Of a stretch of 64,000 bases of DNA, positions 8,611 through 18,117 are shown in pieces. This DNA is from Chthoniobacterales bacterium. GTDB lineage: Bacteria > Verrucomicrobiota > Verrucomicrobiia > Chthoniobacterales > JAFAMB01. Both the position numbers and the translations under genes were made by a program. The stretch's first letter is position 1, and the number at the start of each line of letters is the position of its first letter. The DNA lies in contig DASWVC010000033.1 in assembly GCA_036401335.1 (NCBI GenBank), forward strand, positions 291-64,290, in the 5' to 3' direction. Below the pieces are notes generated by a model, which saw nothing but the letters and a program-made list of their open reading frames with translations, ran no database searches and was not told the origin of the DNA.

Positions 8611-9174
8611 TCAGCGACGGGCTTGGCCAAACAGTGCCGGCAAAGGCAGGAACAGGTCGGGGAACGCCACCGGAGCGAGCACGTCGTGAGCCGGAACTTC
8701 GCGGCAGACGGTGTAGGCGGCCGCGTCCGGGTCGGCCTGTTGGTGCACGAGGACCAAGTCGCGCGTGAGGTCGAAGATCCAATATTCGGCGATCCCATTC
8801 CGGGCGTAAGCCCCCCTTTTTACCGTGCGATCGTACCGCAGTGAGCTGTCGGCGACTTCAATGGCCAAAAAGATGTCGTCTGCGAACGCGTAGCGCTCCT
8901 CCGCAAGAACGCGGCGGTGAACCAGGGCCAAGTCCGGCTGCGGCATGGAATGCGCATCCAAACGGAACGGGTTTTGCGGCGAAACAAAGAAGCGGTCGCC
9001 GGCATTCTTGGCCAGAAGTTCGGTGAGACGATTTACCACGTTGGCGTGCCGCGATCCGATCGGCGATTGAACGATCAAATCACCGTCCAGCAGCTCGATG
9101 TGGTCCTCATTGGTAAGTATGCCGGCATGAAAAAGCTTTTCATACCGTTCCACGTCAAAGCGGTAAGTAGTCAT
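8611..9174 (-). CDS. Uma2 family endonuclease (DUF820, putative restriction-endonuclease-like fold)
   Basis: 188 aa from MTTYRFDVERYEKL. The pattern ELLDGDLI...SP.GSRH...E...EYWIFD is typical of the Uma2 family. Confidence 0.8.
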   Translation of the reverse strand: MTTYRFDVERYEKLFHAGILTNEDHIELLDGDLIVQSPIGSRHANVVNRLTELLAKNAGDRFFVSPQNPFRLDAHSMPQPDLALVHRRVLAEERYAFADDIFLAIEVADSSLRYDRTVKRGAYARNGIAEYWIFDLTRDLVLVHQQADPDAAAYTVCREVPAHDVLAPVAFPDLFLPLPALFGQARR

Positions 9175-9253
9175 AGCTTTAGACCTTCCAATTCTGGGCC
9201 TGAACCCGTAGGGTGAGGTCGTCGCGCGCCCCCGGTCGGGTCCATGCAAGGAA

Positions 9254-10834
9254 TCATTCCCACTCGATCGTGCTTGGCGGTTTGCTGGAAACATCGTAGC
9301 AGACCCGGTTTACCCCTTTGACTTCGTTGATTACCCGAGCCGAAATCCGCGCCAGGATTTCATACGGAAGGCGCACCCAGTCGGCGGTCATGCCATCCTG
9401 GCTTTCGACGATGCGCACGGCCACGGTGTCTTCATACGTGCGTTGATCGCCCATGACGCCTACCGATCTTATGGGCAACAGCACCGCAAACGATTGCCAG
9501 ACCTTGTAATACCAATCGGCGGCCTTCATCTCGTTTACCACGATCTCGTCTGCCTGGCGCAGGACCCGCAGGCGTTCCGGGGTGATCTCGCCCAGGATGC
9601 GCACCCCGAGTCCTGGACCCGGGAACGGCTGCCGAAAAACGATTTCCTTTGGCAGTTCCAGCTCAAGCCCGACCTGACGCACTTCATCCTTGAACAGCTG
9701 CCGCAACGGTTCCAGCAGCTCGAGGTCCATTTTTTCAGGAAGGCCGCCTACGTTGTGGTGGCTTTTGATCAAGGCAGCCGGGTTTCCGCCGATTGCCACG
9801 CTCTCAATGACGTCAGGGTAAAGCGTGCCTTGCGCCAGGTAATGGTAGCGTCCTTCACCCGTGTCCGAAGCTTTCAACTCCCGGGTGGCCTCCTCGAACA
9901 CACGGATGAACTCTTCCCCGATGATCTTGCGCTTTCGTTCCGGATCGACGATGCCCTGCAAACGGTTGAGGAACCGGCTCGACGCATCCACGTAGCGCAA
10001 CTTAATGTGGAAGTTCTCGCCAAAGATCTTTTGCACGGTTTCCGCTTCGCGCGTCCGCAGAAGTCCGTTGTTGACGAAGACGCAGGTCAGACGGTCGCCC
10101 AACGCCCGGTGCAGCAACGCGGCCGCCACCGACGAGTCAACACCGCCGGAAAGACCGAGCACCACTTTGTCCGGGCCAACCCGGGCGTTGATCTCGCGAC
10201 AGGTCTGCTCAATGAACGAGCCCATGGTCCAATCGCCCGCGCAGCCGCAGACCTTGTACAAAAAGTTTTCCAGGATCTCTTTGCCAAGCGGCGTGTGCGC
10301 CACTTCCGGATGAAACTGCAACCCGTACAACTTACGCTTCCGATCTTCGATGGCGGCAAAAGGGGAATTTTCTGTGACGCCGATCGACCGAAAGCCTGGC
10401 GGAAGGCCGGTGACTTTGTCGCCGTGGCTGTTCCAGACCTGGAATTGTTCAGGCAAGGCCTCGAAAAGAGGGCTGGCGCCGGCGGTCGTAAGGTAGCCCG
10501 GACCGTATTCGCGGCGGTCGGAATACTCCACCCGGCCGTCCAAAAAGTGCGCCATTAACTGAACGCCGTAGCAAATTCCGAGGACCGGAACCTCCATTTC
10601 GAAAATCGCCGGGTCAGGGAGGGGTGCGTGGGCTGAGAACACGCTGGCGGGCCCTCCCGAGAGGATGATCCCCTGCGCACCGGTGCGGCGAATGGTTTCC
10701 GGGGCACAATCAAAAGGGAGGATTTCGGAGTAAACGCGGCACTCACGAATCCGTCGTGCAATGACCTGGGTGTACTGGGATCCGAAATCTAGGATCACCA
10801 CCTTGGAAACGGAAAGCATTTCGCCGTTGCTCAT
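9254..10834 (-). CDS. guaA: GMP synthase (glutamine-hydrolysing)
   Basis: Has the GATase domain ([15 protein letters not shown]), the ATP-PPase SGGVDS motif and the C-terminal PPSTIEWE. Start trimmed to the ATG at 10834; an alternative ATG is at 10819. Confidence 0.95.
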   Translation of the reverse strand: MSNGEMLSVSKVVILDFGSQYTQVIARRIRECRVYSEILPFDCAPETIRRTGAQGIILSGGPASVFSAHAPLPDPAIFEMEVPVLGICYGVQLMAHFLDGRVEYSDRREYGPGYLTTAGASPLFEALPEQFQVWNSHGDKVTGLPPGFRSIGVTENSPFAAIEDRKRKLYGLQFHPEVAHTPLGKEILENFLYKVCGCAGDWTMGSFIEQTCREINARVGPDKVVLGLSGGVDSSVAAALLHRALGDRLTCVFVNNGLLRTREAETVQKIFGENFHIKLRYVDASSRFLNRLQGIVDPERKRKIIGEEFIRVFEEATRELKASDTGEGRYHYLAQGTLYPDVIESVAIGGNPAALIKSHHNVGGLPEKMDLELLEPLRQLFKDEVRQVGLELELPKEIVFRQPFPGPGLGVRILGEITPERLRVLRQADEIVVNEMKAADWYYKVWQSFAVLLPIRSVGVMGDQRTYEDTVAVRIVESQDGMTADWVRLPYEILARISARVINEVKGVNRVCYDVSSKPPSTIEWE

Positions 10835-11009
10835 CGGGAAAGCCGAGTATGCCACCGAAGCTCCACGAGAGCAAAGAAGGTGTCGCCGTGAACCCAATGC
10901 CACGAATCGAAGAACCGAAGAAAGCCACGGATGGTTCAGGAGCCACGAATACAATTGATACAATTTCTCCCCGCCCCGGAGCCGCTGGTGCGGTATACTC
11001 GCCGGCAGC

Positions 11010-11603
11010 GTGCGAGCAAAAACCTACCGCCGGATTATCCCGGCAACACTGCTGCTTGAAGCGTATGGCAACGGCATTTTCCCCATGGCAGGCGACGGGG
11101 GCGAGATTGGCTGGTTTTCGCCAGACCCGCGCGGCATCCTGCCTTTGGAGACCTTCCATGTGCCGCATGGATTGAAGCGAACCCTTCGGAAAGGGATCTT
11201 TGAGGTGCGGATCGATCACGCTTTTGAAAGCGTGATGCGGGCTTGTGCCGAACGAAGCGAGACTTGGATCAGCGAAGAAATAATCGCCAGTTACTTGAAC
11301 CTGCACCAACTGGGGTATGCGCATTCGGTTGAAGCCTGGCGGGAGGGTCAGCTTGCCGGTGGCCTGTACGGAGTTGCCCTGGATGGAGCCTTTTTTGGAG
11401 AATCCATGTTTCACCGCGAAACGGATGCGTCGAAGGTTGCCTTGGTCGCGCTGGTTGAACGATTACGGGAGCGTCGGTATCAGCTCCTGGACACCCAGTA
11501 CGTCACGCCGCACCTGCAAACCTTTGGCGCCGTGGAAATCCCCCGGGTCAACTACCTGCGGATGTTACGACACGCGCTGGCGCTGAATTGCAGGTTCGTC
11601 TAG
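11010..11603 (+). CDS. aat: Leucyl/phenylalanyl-tRNA--protein transferase
   Basis: 197 aa with GTG start. [24 protein letters not shown] and GESMFH motifs. Confidence 0.88.
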   Translation: MRAKTYRRIIPATLLLEAYGNGIFPMAGDGGEIGWFSPDPRGILPLETFHVPHGLKRTLRKGIFEVRIDHAFESVMRACAERSETWISEEIIASYLNLHQLGYAHSVEAWREGQLAGGLYGVALDGAFFGESMFHRETDASKVALVALVERLRERRYQLLDTQYVTPHLQTFGAVEIPRVNYLRMLRHALALNCRFV

Positions 11604-11617
11604 GGCGTGCTTCGACT

Positions 11618-12421
11618 ATGGCCATTATTTCCGTTCACGGGTTGGGCGTAAAACGAGGCGGCACCCCAATTTTGGAGGACCTGAGCTGGGCGGTCGAAGA
11701 CGGGGAACACTGGACGGTGCTTGGCGCGAATGGTTCCGGCAAGACGAGCCTGCTGAGTTGCCTCACCGGCTACCTGACGCCCTCGCAGGGCGAGGTGACC
11801 GTGCTCGACCGTCGGTACGGGCACTCGGACTGGCGCGAACTGCGCAAGGAAGTCGGGTTGGTCAGTTCCAGCATCCGTCAACTCATCACCGACGAGCAAA
11901 CTGCCTTGGAGGTGACGGCGAGCGGCCGGAATGCCGAGCTGAACCTCTGGCATGCGCCCCGAGGCGAGCTGCGGCAATCGGCTTTGGAGTCGTTGCGGCA
12001 GGTGGAGCTGGAAAACCTGGCCGATCGCCCTTGGGGTCACCTCTCCCAAGGCGAAAGGCAGCGCACACTGATCGGCCGGGCATTGATGGCGCGGTTTCGG
12101 ATTCTGATTCTGGACGAGCCGTGTGCCGGGCTCGATCCGGTCGCCCGGGAGAGGTTTTTGGCGTTCATCGAAAGGCTTGGCCAGACTCCGCTAACCCCGA
12201 ACCTGATCATGGTCACCCACCATGTAGAAGAGATCCTGCCGTGTTTCTCGCGCGCTCTGGTTCTGCGGGCTGGACGCGTTCTGGCCCTAGGCGACGTGCG
12301 GCGGGTCATCACGTCGACTGTCCTGTCGGAGGCCTTTGCGGCCCGGGTAAAAGTGCTCCGGCGGCGGGGACGGTTTGCCCTTGAGATTACCTCTGGTGAC
12401 GGCGCCCAGCTCGCTGCCTGA
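11618..12421 (+). CDS. ABC transporter ATP-binding protein (orphan, ModF/YlmA-like; no adjacent permease)
   Basis: Walker A GANGSGKTS, signature LSQGERQ and Walker B ILILDEP. Start taken at the ATG at 11618. Confidence 0.85.
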   Translation: MAIISVHGLGVKRGGTPILEDLSWAVEDGEHWTVLGANGSGKTSLLSCLTGYLTPSQGEVTVLDRRYGHSDWRELRKEVGLVSSSIRQLITDEQTALEVTASGRNAELNLWHAPRGELRQSALESLRQVELENLADRPWGHLSQGERQRTLIGRALMARFRILILDEPCAGLDPVARERFLAFIERLGQTPLTPNLIMVTHHVEEILPCFSRALVLRAGRVLALGDVRRVITSTVLSEAFAARVKVLRRRGRFALEITSGDGAQLAA

Positions 12422-12497
12422 GGGGCCGCAGCGGGGGGTGAGTGGAAGGATGACGGATTCGCCAACCCGGACGTTTGGAGGTAAGGAACTCTCCTCT

Positions 12498-13127
12498 ATG
12501 GCACACCATTCGGAACCACAGATCTACCTCATTCGGCATGGCGAGACCGAATGGGCGCGCGACGGCCGGCACACCGGCCAGTCCGACATTCCGCTCACGG
12601 AGACCGGTCGGGAACAGGCTGGCTTTCTCAGGCCCGTTTTTGATGACGTGACGTTCAAGGCCATTCTCAGCAGCCCCCTCCAACGGTCCATCGAGACGAC
12701 CCGGCTGGCCGGCCTTGGCGACCGCGTCGAGACGGTGGACGACCTTCGCGAGTGGGATTATGGCGACTATGAAGGCGTGACGACCAAGGACATCCGGAAG
12801 ATGGTGCCTGACTGGACGGTGTTTACCCATCCGTGCCCGAACGGCGAAACCATCGTGCAGGTCAGCGCGCGTGCTGACCGGGTCATTGCGCGAATCCGAA
12901 ACCTCGACGGCAATGTGGCCCTGTTCTCCCACGGCCATTACCTGCGCGTGCTTGCGGCGCGGTGGCTGGGGGCCGATCCGCACCTGGGCCGGCACCTGTT
13001 GCTGGGCACCAGCACGCTTTCAATTCTCAGCTACGAGCATGGATATCCCGTGATCAAGACGTGGAACGGACCTCTTATCACCGCAGCGTGTGCCGCCCCT
13101 TGGACGCGACAAAGCGTGCCGCATTGA
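12498..13127 (+). CDS. Histidine phosphatase family protein (phosphoglycerate mutase-like)
   Basis: LIRHGETEW catalytic RHG motif near the N-terminus and a downstream SHGH motif. An alternative start is the ATG at 12450. Confidence 0.8.
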   Translation: MAHHSEPQIYLIRHGETEWARDGRHTGQSDIPLTETGREQAGFLRPVFDDVTFKAILSSPLQRSIETTRLAGLGDRVETVDDLREWDYGDYEGVTTKDIRKMVPDWTVFTHPCPNGETIVQVSARADRVIARIRNLDGNVALFSHGHYLRVLAARWLGADPHLGRHLLLGTSTLSILSYEHGYPVIKTWNGPLITAACAAPWTRQSVPH

Positions 13128-13252
13128 AGCCATGAACAGCCATGCCTGAAGCATAGGCGCTCCGGGACCACTCGACGGACACAGGTTGGCGGTCACTGAT
13201 TTTGGAGTTTGGCATCCTTTACGGCCAGGATTTTGGGCACCGCCGGGGGATT

Positions 13253-14524
13253 TTACCGGATCTCCCTGCCGCGAAAATAGTCCCAGAGCGCTTCCGGCAG
13301 TTTCACGGCACCGTCGGCTTGCTGGTGCGTTTCCAACACGGCCACAAAAAGGCGGGCGAGGGCAGTGCCGGAGCCGTTCAGGGTATGGCAGAAACGGTTC
13401 TTGCCGGCAGCGTCCTTGAACCGAAGGTTCATGCGGCGCGCCTGGAAATCCTCGCAGTTGGAGCAACTGGATACTTCCAGGAATCGATTCTGGCCGGGAG
13501 CCCACACTTCGATGTCGTAGGTCTTGGCCGCGGCAAAGCCGAGGTCGCCGGTGCAGAGCTCAATGACGCGGTAGGGCAGCCCAAGAAGTTGAAGAACCCG
13601 CTCCGCATCGGCTGTCAGTGATTCCAGTTCTGCAAACGACGTTTCCGGCGTGGCGATCTTCACCAGTTCCACCTTATCAAACTGGTGCACCCGGATGATT
13701 CCCCGCGTGTCTTTGCCGGCTGCACCCGCTTCGCGCCGGAAGCAGGGGGTGTGGGCCACAAAACGCTTTGGCAGGGAGTCAAGGGGCAGGATCTCATCGC
13801 GATGAAAGTTCGTCACCGGAACTTCGGCCGTCGGGATCAGGAACAGGTCACCGCCTTCGGTGGCGTAGGCTTCGTCCTCAAATTTTGGCAGCTGACCCGT
13901 GCCGACCATGCACTCGCGCCGGACCAGGTAGGGGGGGCTTACTTCGGTGTACCCGTGCCGCTCGCTGTGCAGGTCCAGGAGAAACTGAATGAGCGCCCGC
14001 TGGAGGCGCGCCCCGCGGTTTGCGAAAAATACAAAGCCGCTGCCGCTCAGCTTGGCTGCCCGTTCAAAATCAATCAGCTTTAACCGGGTCGCGATCTCCA
14101 CGTGATCGAGGGCGGGGAAGGCCGGGGCGGGTACGTCGCCCCAGCTCCGGACAACGGGGTTATCCGCAGCTTCCCTTCCGACCGGGACGTCCGGGTGAGG
14201 CAGGTTCGGCAGGTTGAGGATGAGGGTTCGTTGCCGGTCATCCGCCAGGGAGACCTTTCCCTCCAGCAAAGTGATCTGTTCCGCCAGCCCGTGCACCTCC
14301 GCCTCCAGTTCACTGCTGTCCGCATTCCGTGCGCGCCTCGCGCCAACCTCTTTGCTCAGGCGTTTCCGGTCGGCATTCAACTTCTGCAGCTCGGTCTCAT
14401 GGCGCCGGCGTTCGGCGTCCACGCCCAGGACGACGTCTACCTGGTCGCCCAGCCCGGGCTGTCGCGCGTTTAGCCGCTCCCGGACGTCGTCAGGTTTTTC
14501 TCTCAGCAGCCGAATGTCGAGCAT
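13253..14524 (-). CDS. serS: Seryl-tRNA synthetase
   Basis: 423 aa from MLDIRLLREKPD (ATG at 14522-14524, checked). N-terminal coiled-coil arm plus class-II core motifs. Confidence 0.95.
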   Translation of the reverse strand: MLDIRLLREKPDDVRERLNARQPGLGDQVDVVLGVDAERRRHETELQKLNADRKRLSKEVGARRARNADSSELEAEVHGLAEQITLLEGKVSLADDRQRTLILNLPNLPHPDVPVGREAADNPVVRSWGDVPAPAFPALDHVEIATRLKLIDFERAAKLSGSGFVFFANRGARLQRALIQFLLDLHSERHGYTEVSPPYLVRRECMVGTGQLPKFEDEAYATEGGDLFLIPTAEVPVTNFHRDEILPLDSLPKRFVAHTPCFRREAGAAGKDTRGIIRVHQFDKVELVKIATPETSFAELESLTADAERVLQLLGLPYRVIELCTGDLGFAAAKTYDIEVWAPGQNRFLEVSSCSNCEDFQARRMNLRFKDAAGKNRFCHTLNGSGTALARLFVAVLETHQQADGAVKLPEALWDYFRGREIR

Positions 14525-14742
14525 GCCTTGGCTATAACCGAAGATCCCGGTCAGTAAAGGCCGGAGAGACGGACGGCTTCGAGGGTTGCGGCGCTGGCCT
14601 GCTTCAATAGCGGCACACCGTGGGCGGGATTGTTTCGGCGAACGGGTGAGAGTTCGGGGAGGTGCGCGCCCTGCCGTAGGGCGGTGAAGGACCCGATACA
14701 TGTGCGCACCCCGATACCCCGGCCGGCGTGGGACGGCCAGCC

Positions 14743-15699
14743 CTACCGGGCCGGCTTCTCCGTCAGGGCCCAGATTGTGCGCAGGGCGTTCCCTTCCAGC
14801 CGGTTGTTGATGTAGACAAAAACCGGTTTGTGTTGTTCCAGGGCCACCTCCCAGATCAAGCGGCGGCCGGCATGACGGGCCGACCGATCAACCTCCCTGG
14901 TTTCTACATAGGGACTGAAATCCTGGACTGCCTCCTCGTAGGCCCGGCCCGGAGTGAGCAGCAGGCGGGCGGCGGCGAAGTCGGCAGTGTCGCTGCCCGT
15001 CAGGGCAAGTTGCTCCTCAGCGGATGGCATCCGGGTCCATTGATTGTAGACGTGAGCGACGTTGTGGCGCCGGAGCAAGGCAAAGTACGTCGATTGCAGA
15101 AAACCGGGCGTGCGGATCTCCACCCCATAATTCCATCCGCGTGGGAGGGCGCCCAGGAACTCATCCAGGACGAGCAGGAACTGCTCTGCGGCCGCGGCGT
15201 CACCCGGTCGGAACTCCGAGAATTCGAAAATCAGCACGCCAACCTGTTGCCGGTGTGGAACCAGCGGTTTCAGGTAATGGTCGACGAAATACTCCGCATC
15301 GAGGTAATGGGGATTCACCAGACCTGCGTGGGTGCCAAACCGGGGCAGCTTCGGGTAGCGCTGAAGGGTGATTGTATCCGTTACCTTGAAGGTAAAACGG
15401 AAGCCCGCGTCCACTTGGCTGCACAACTTCTCCAGGTAACGGGCATCCGGGAATTTGTAGTAACCGGCGTCCACACAGACCGAGCGGAAGAACAGCGCGT
15501 ATTCAGCGAGGCATTCCTCCTCGAAACGCCGTTCCGAATACCGCCCCCGAGCCTCGTACCTGGAACGGTCGTAAAGTAGCCCCAGCCATCCCGGGTATTT
15601 CCAGGAAGACGTGCCCACCCAGGCCCCTTTGGCCGCCATTCCGGCCAACCGCTCGCCCATGGCTTCGCGGTCAAAGTCTGGTCCAAAGAGGTCAAGCAT
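14743..15699 (-). CDS. DUF72 (UPF0759) family protein
   Basis: 318 aa. GTSSWKYPGW and a sequence pattern typical of DUF72 TIM-barrel proteins. Confidence 0.85.
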   Translation of the reverse strand: MLDLFGPDFDREAMGERLAGMAAKGAWVGTSSWKYPGWLGLLYDRSRYEARGRYSERRFEEECLAEYALFFRSVCVDAGYYKFPDARYLEKLCSQVDAGFRFTFKVTDTITLQRYPKLPRFGTHAGLVNPHYLDAEYFVDHYLKPLVPHRQQVGVLIFEFSEFRPGDAAAAEQFLLVLDEFLGALPRGWNYGVEIRTPGFLQSTYFALLRRHNVAHVYNQWTRMPSAEEQLALTGSDTADFAAARLLLTPGRAYEEAVQDFSPYVETREVDRSARHAGRRLIWEVALEQHKPVFVYINNRLEGNALRTIWALTEKPAR

Positions 15700-15745
15700 C
15701 GGTGGTGTTTCTCAGCGGCGGCCAGCGTGCGTGAAGGCAGGATCG

Positions 15746-16558
15746 TCAGTCACCATCCGACAAAGGCTCCTGCTGGTGTGGGGTGGAGGACGGCCGGACG
15801 GCCCCGTGAGGTGCTGGTTTGTTGTCGACGAGATCCCCTGGCCGCGCACCGGGAATCGTGGCATACCCTTCAAATTTCGGGGTACGGCCGGGATCGCCGG
15901 TTGCGGGTTGCCCGGAGGGCAGTTTGAAATCAAAGACGCTTACTCCAAACTGCCGGACGCCGGCGTAGGACCGTCCCTCACTGGCACCGACCATCAGCGG
16001 TTTGCCGGATTGTTTGCCGGTGCCCAGGTAAATCATAACGTGCGTGATCGGCACGTCCCTTTTGATCGTGTAGGTTCCCGACCAAAACAGGAGGTCCCCT
16101 GGTCTAAGGGCTGCCAAGGCTCCCGGATCCTGCATGGAGTGGAAATCGCCGTGTTTACGCACCCAGAGGTACTGCTCACTGGAGTCCCGGGGCACCTCGG
16201 CGAAACCGGCCTGCTGAAGCACGAAAGAAACGAAGCCGGAACAATCCATGCCCCCTTTCGCGGGGTCGTCTGATCCGTACGTGTAGGCCAGGTTTCGCTC
16301 GGTGAGCGCGAGCGCTTCGCGCAAAACGGCCTGAACCTTGGAGGGCTGGTCTGCCAGTTCCTTTAGTTCCTCCGGTTTCAGGCTGGTCACCCGAGTTCCG
16401 GTTTTCTCTCCGGCACGGCCGGCCGCTTCTGCGTTATCCGCCGAAGTGGCTTCCGACGAAGCGGCGGGAACGTCGCCCGGGTTCCGTGCCGCCTTTGCAC
16501 CTTTGAGGGTAAAGGCGGCCATGGTCACGGCTGCCGCGAGGGTTACGGTCCTCTTCAT
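15746..16558 (-). CDS. Secreted NlpC/P60 (C40) family peptidase
   Basis: Signal peptide MKRTVTLAAAVTMAAF, catalytic GMDCSGFV and downstream ITHVMIYLG. Its ATG overlaps the stop of the upstream gene (ATGA). Confidence 0.85.
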   Translation of the reverse strand: MKRTVTLAAAVTMAAFTLKGAKAARNPGDVPAASSEATSADNAEAAGRAGEKTGTRVTSLKPEELKELADQPSKVQAVLREALALTERNLAYTYGSDDPAKGGMDCSGFVSFVLQQAGFAEVPRDSSEQYLWVRKHGDFHSMQDPGALAALRPGDLLFWSGTYTIKRDVPITHVMIYLGTGKQSGKPLMVGASEGRSYAGVRQFGVSVFDFKLPSGQPATGDPGRTPKFEGYATIPGARPGDLVDNKPAPHGAVRPSSTPHQQEPLSDGD

Positions 16559-17886
16559 CTCACCTCGGCCAAGGCTTCAAGCAGGTTTTGGTTCAGACGA
16601 ATGCCCGCATGAAAGTTTTCGATTGAAAAGCTTTCATTGGGTGAATGCACTTTACAGTCCGGCAGGGCAAGGCCCAACAGCAGGGTGTCAACCCCCAGAA
16701 CATCCTTAAAGGTCTGGGTGATTGGCACGCTGCCACCTTCACGAATGAACGCCGTCTCACGGCCAAACGTGCGTTCCAAGGCTTTCTGGGCCGCGATGCC
16801 AAAACCGGTGTCCGGCCGCACCAGGTAAGGCTTGCCGTCGTGCTGGAAAATAATATCCAGGTTCACCGTAGCCGGGCAAAGGTCGCGGATGAACGCCGTC
16901 ACGGCCGTGTAAATCTCGTCGGGATCCTGGTCGGGCACCAACCGAAAGGAGAGTTTGGCGAAAGCGCGGCCGGGGATAATGGTTTTTGGCCCTTCGCCCA
17001 AATAGCCGCTTCCGAAACCATTGACCTCTGCAGTCGGGCGTGCCCAGACCCGCTCAAGGGTCGAGTAACCTTCTTCGCCAAACAAATGGGGGGAGCCCGC
17101 GTTTTCCAGCCATTGCTCGTCCGTGACAGGCAGTTTTGCCCATAGATCCCGCTCCCAACTTTCCAATGGCCGCACCCGGTCGTAAAAGCCGGGAACCTTT
17201 ATCCGGCCGTGAGAATCGTGCAACGCCCCCACCATCCGGCCGAGTTCGGTGGCTGGATTCGCCACCGATCCTCCGAAGATGCCGGAATGAAGGTCGGCGG
17301 CCGGCCCCCGGAGCCGGACCTCCAGGCACACGATGCCGCGCAGGCCATAGGTAAACGTGGGAATACCCGGCGCGATCATGCCAGTGTCCGAGACTGCCAC
17401 GACGTCGACCGGGAACCGCTCCCGCTGCATGCGCAACACTTGTTCGAGGTGCGGGCTGCCCGTTTCTTCTTCGCCTTCGATCAAAAAAATCACGTTAACG
17501 GGCAGATCACCCTGATGTCGCAGTACCTGTTCGACGCCGAGCAGGTGAGCCAGGATTTGTCCCTTGTTGTCCGTGGCGCCGCGCGCGTAAAGTTTGTCGC
17601 CTTTCACGGTGGGCTCGAACGGGGGCGAATCCCACAGCTCCAACGGGTCCGCCGGTTGGACGTCGTAATGGCCGTAGATCAGGACGGTCTTGCGGCCCGG
17701 CCGCGGCTCGTTGCGGGCAATGACCACCGGGTTACCGGGTGTGGCCACGGTTTCAGCGGCCAAACCGGCTTGCTCCAACCGCGCCTGGAGCCACGCCGCG
17801 CATGCTTGAACGTCGGCCTTGAACTGGAGATCAGCCGAGATTGAAGGAAAGCGGAGAAACGCGAAAAGGTCGTCGAGGGGATTCAT
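16555..17886 (-). CDS. M20/M25/M40 family dipeptidase
   Basis: 443 aa. YGHYDVQPAD, RGATDNKG and EGEEE metal/catalytic motifs. Confidence 0.88.
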   Translation of the reverse strand: MNPLDDLFAFLRFPSISADLQFKADVQACAAWLQARLEQAGLAAETVATPGNPVVIARNEPRPGRKTVLIYGHYDVQPADPLELWDSPPFEPTVKGDKLYARGATDNKGQILAHLLGVEQVLRHQGDLPVNVIFLIEGEEETGSPHLEQVLRMQRERFPVDVVAVSDTGMIAPGIPTFTYGLRGIVCLEVRLRGPAADLHSGIFGGSVANPATELGRMVGALHDSHGRIKVPGFYDRVRPLESWERDLWAKLPVTDEQWLENAGSPHLFGEEGYSTLERVWARPTAEVNGFGSGYLGEGPKTIIPGRAFAKLSFRLVPDQDPDEIYTAVTAFIRDLCPATVNLDIIFQHDGKPYLVRPDTGFGIAAQKALERTFGRETAFIREGGSVPITQTFKDVLGVDTLLLGLALPDCKVHSPNESFSIENFHAGIRLNQNLLEALAEVR

Positions 17887-18117
17887 CGGTGCGGAAGCAA
17901 CAAACCACAGTGCCGTCGCGTCGACCAGTGAGCATATTAGCTTCGGAAAGCCGGTTTTAAGCGGATGAAACTAACGCCGGCACGCGTTGAGGGCCGTGGA
18001 AATCGGGCCACCTTGCAACCCAACATCTTGGGGTGCTGACGTCGGAACCAGCCATAAATGGTATTTTCGCTTGAGCGCGCCTCCTCCGGCTTATACGCTT
18101 GCACCGGTCGAGCCGTT

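Noticed and set aside
8586-8798. Long N-terminal extensions in the ORF track: coaD 241 aa, guaA 569 aa, serS 482 aa, radical SAM 482 aa, gntK 259 aa, MTAP 299 aa, smc 1244 aa, ispD 259 aa, RND 1032 aa
   Set aside because: In every case the conserved family N-terminus begins at an internal ATG or GTG that I verified in the sequence. The upstream extension is Arg/Pro/Ser-rich and often overlaps the neighbouring gene.
11618-12421. Orphan ABC ATPase next to the histidine phosphatase, as a possible novel two-gene system
   Set aside because: Stand-alone ModF/YlmA-like ATPases are common. The two genes are separated by about 75 nt with no other linkage evidence, so there is nothing beyond adjacency.
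13128-13160. CATGAACAGCCATG just after the histidine phosphatase stop, as a possible third copy of the TGAAC element
   Set aside because: Only one unit is present. There is no phased tandem array, no inverted partner arm and no conserved core, so this is probably chance similarity.
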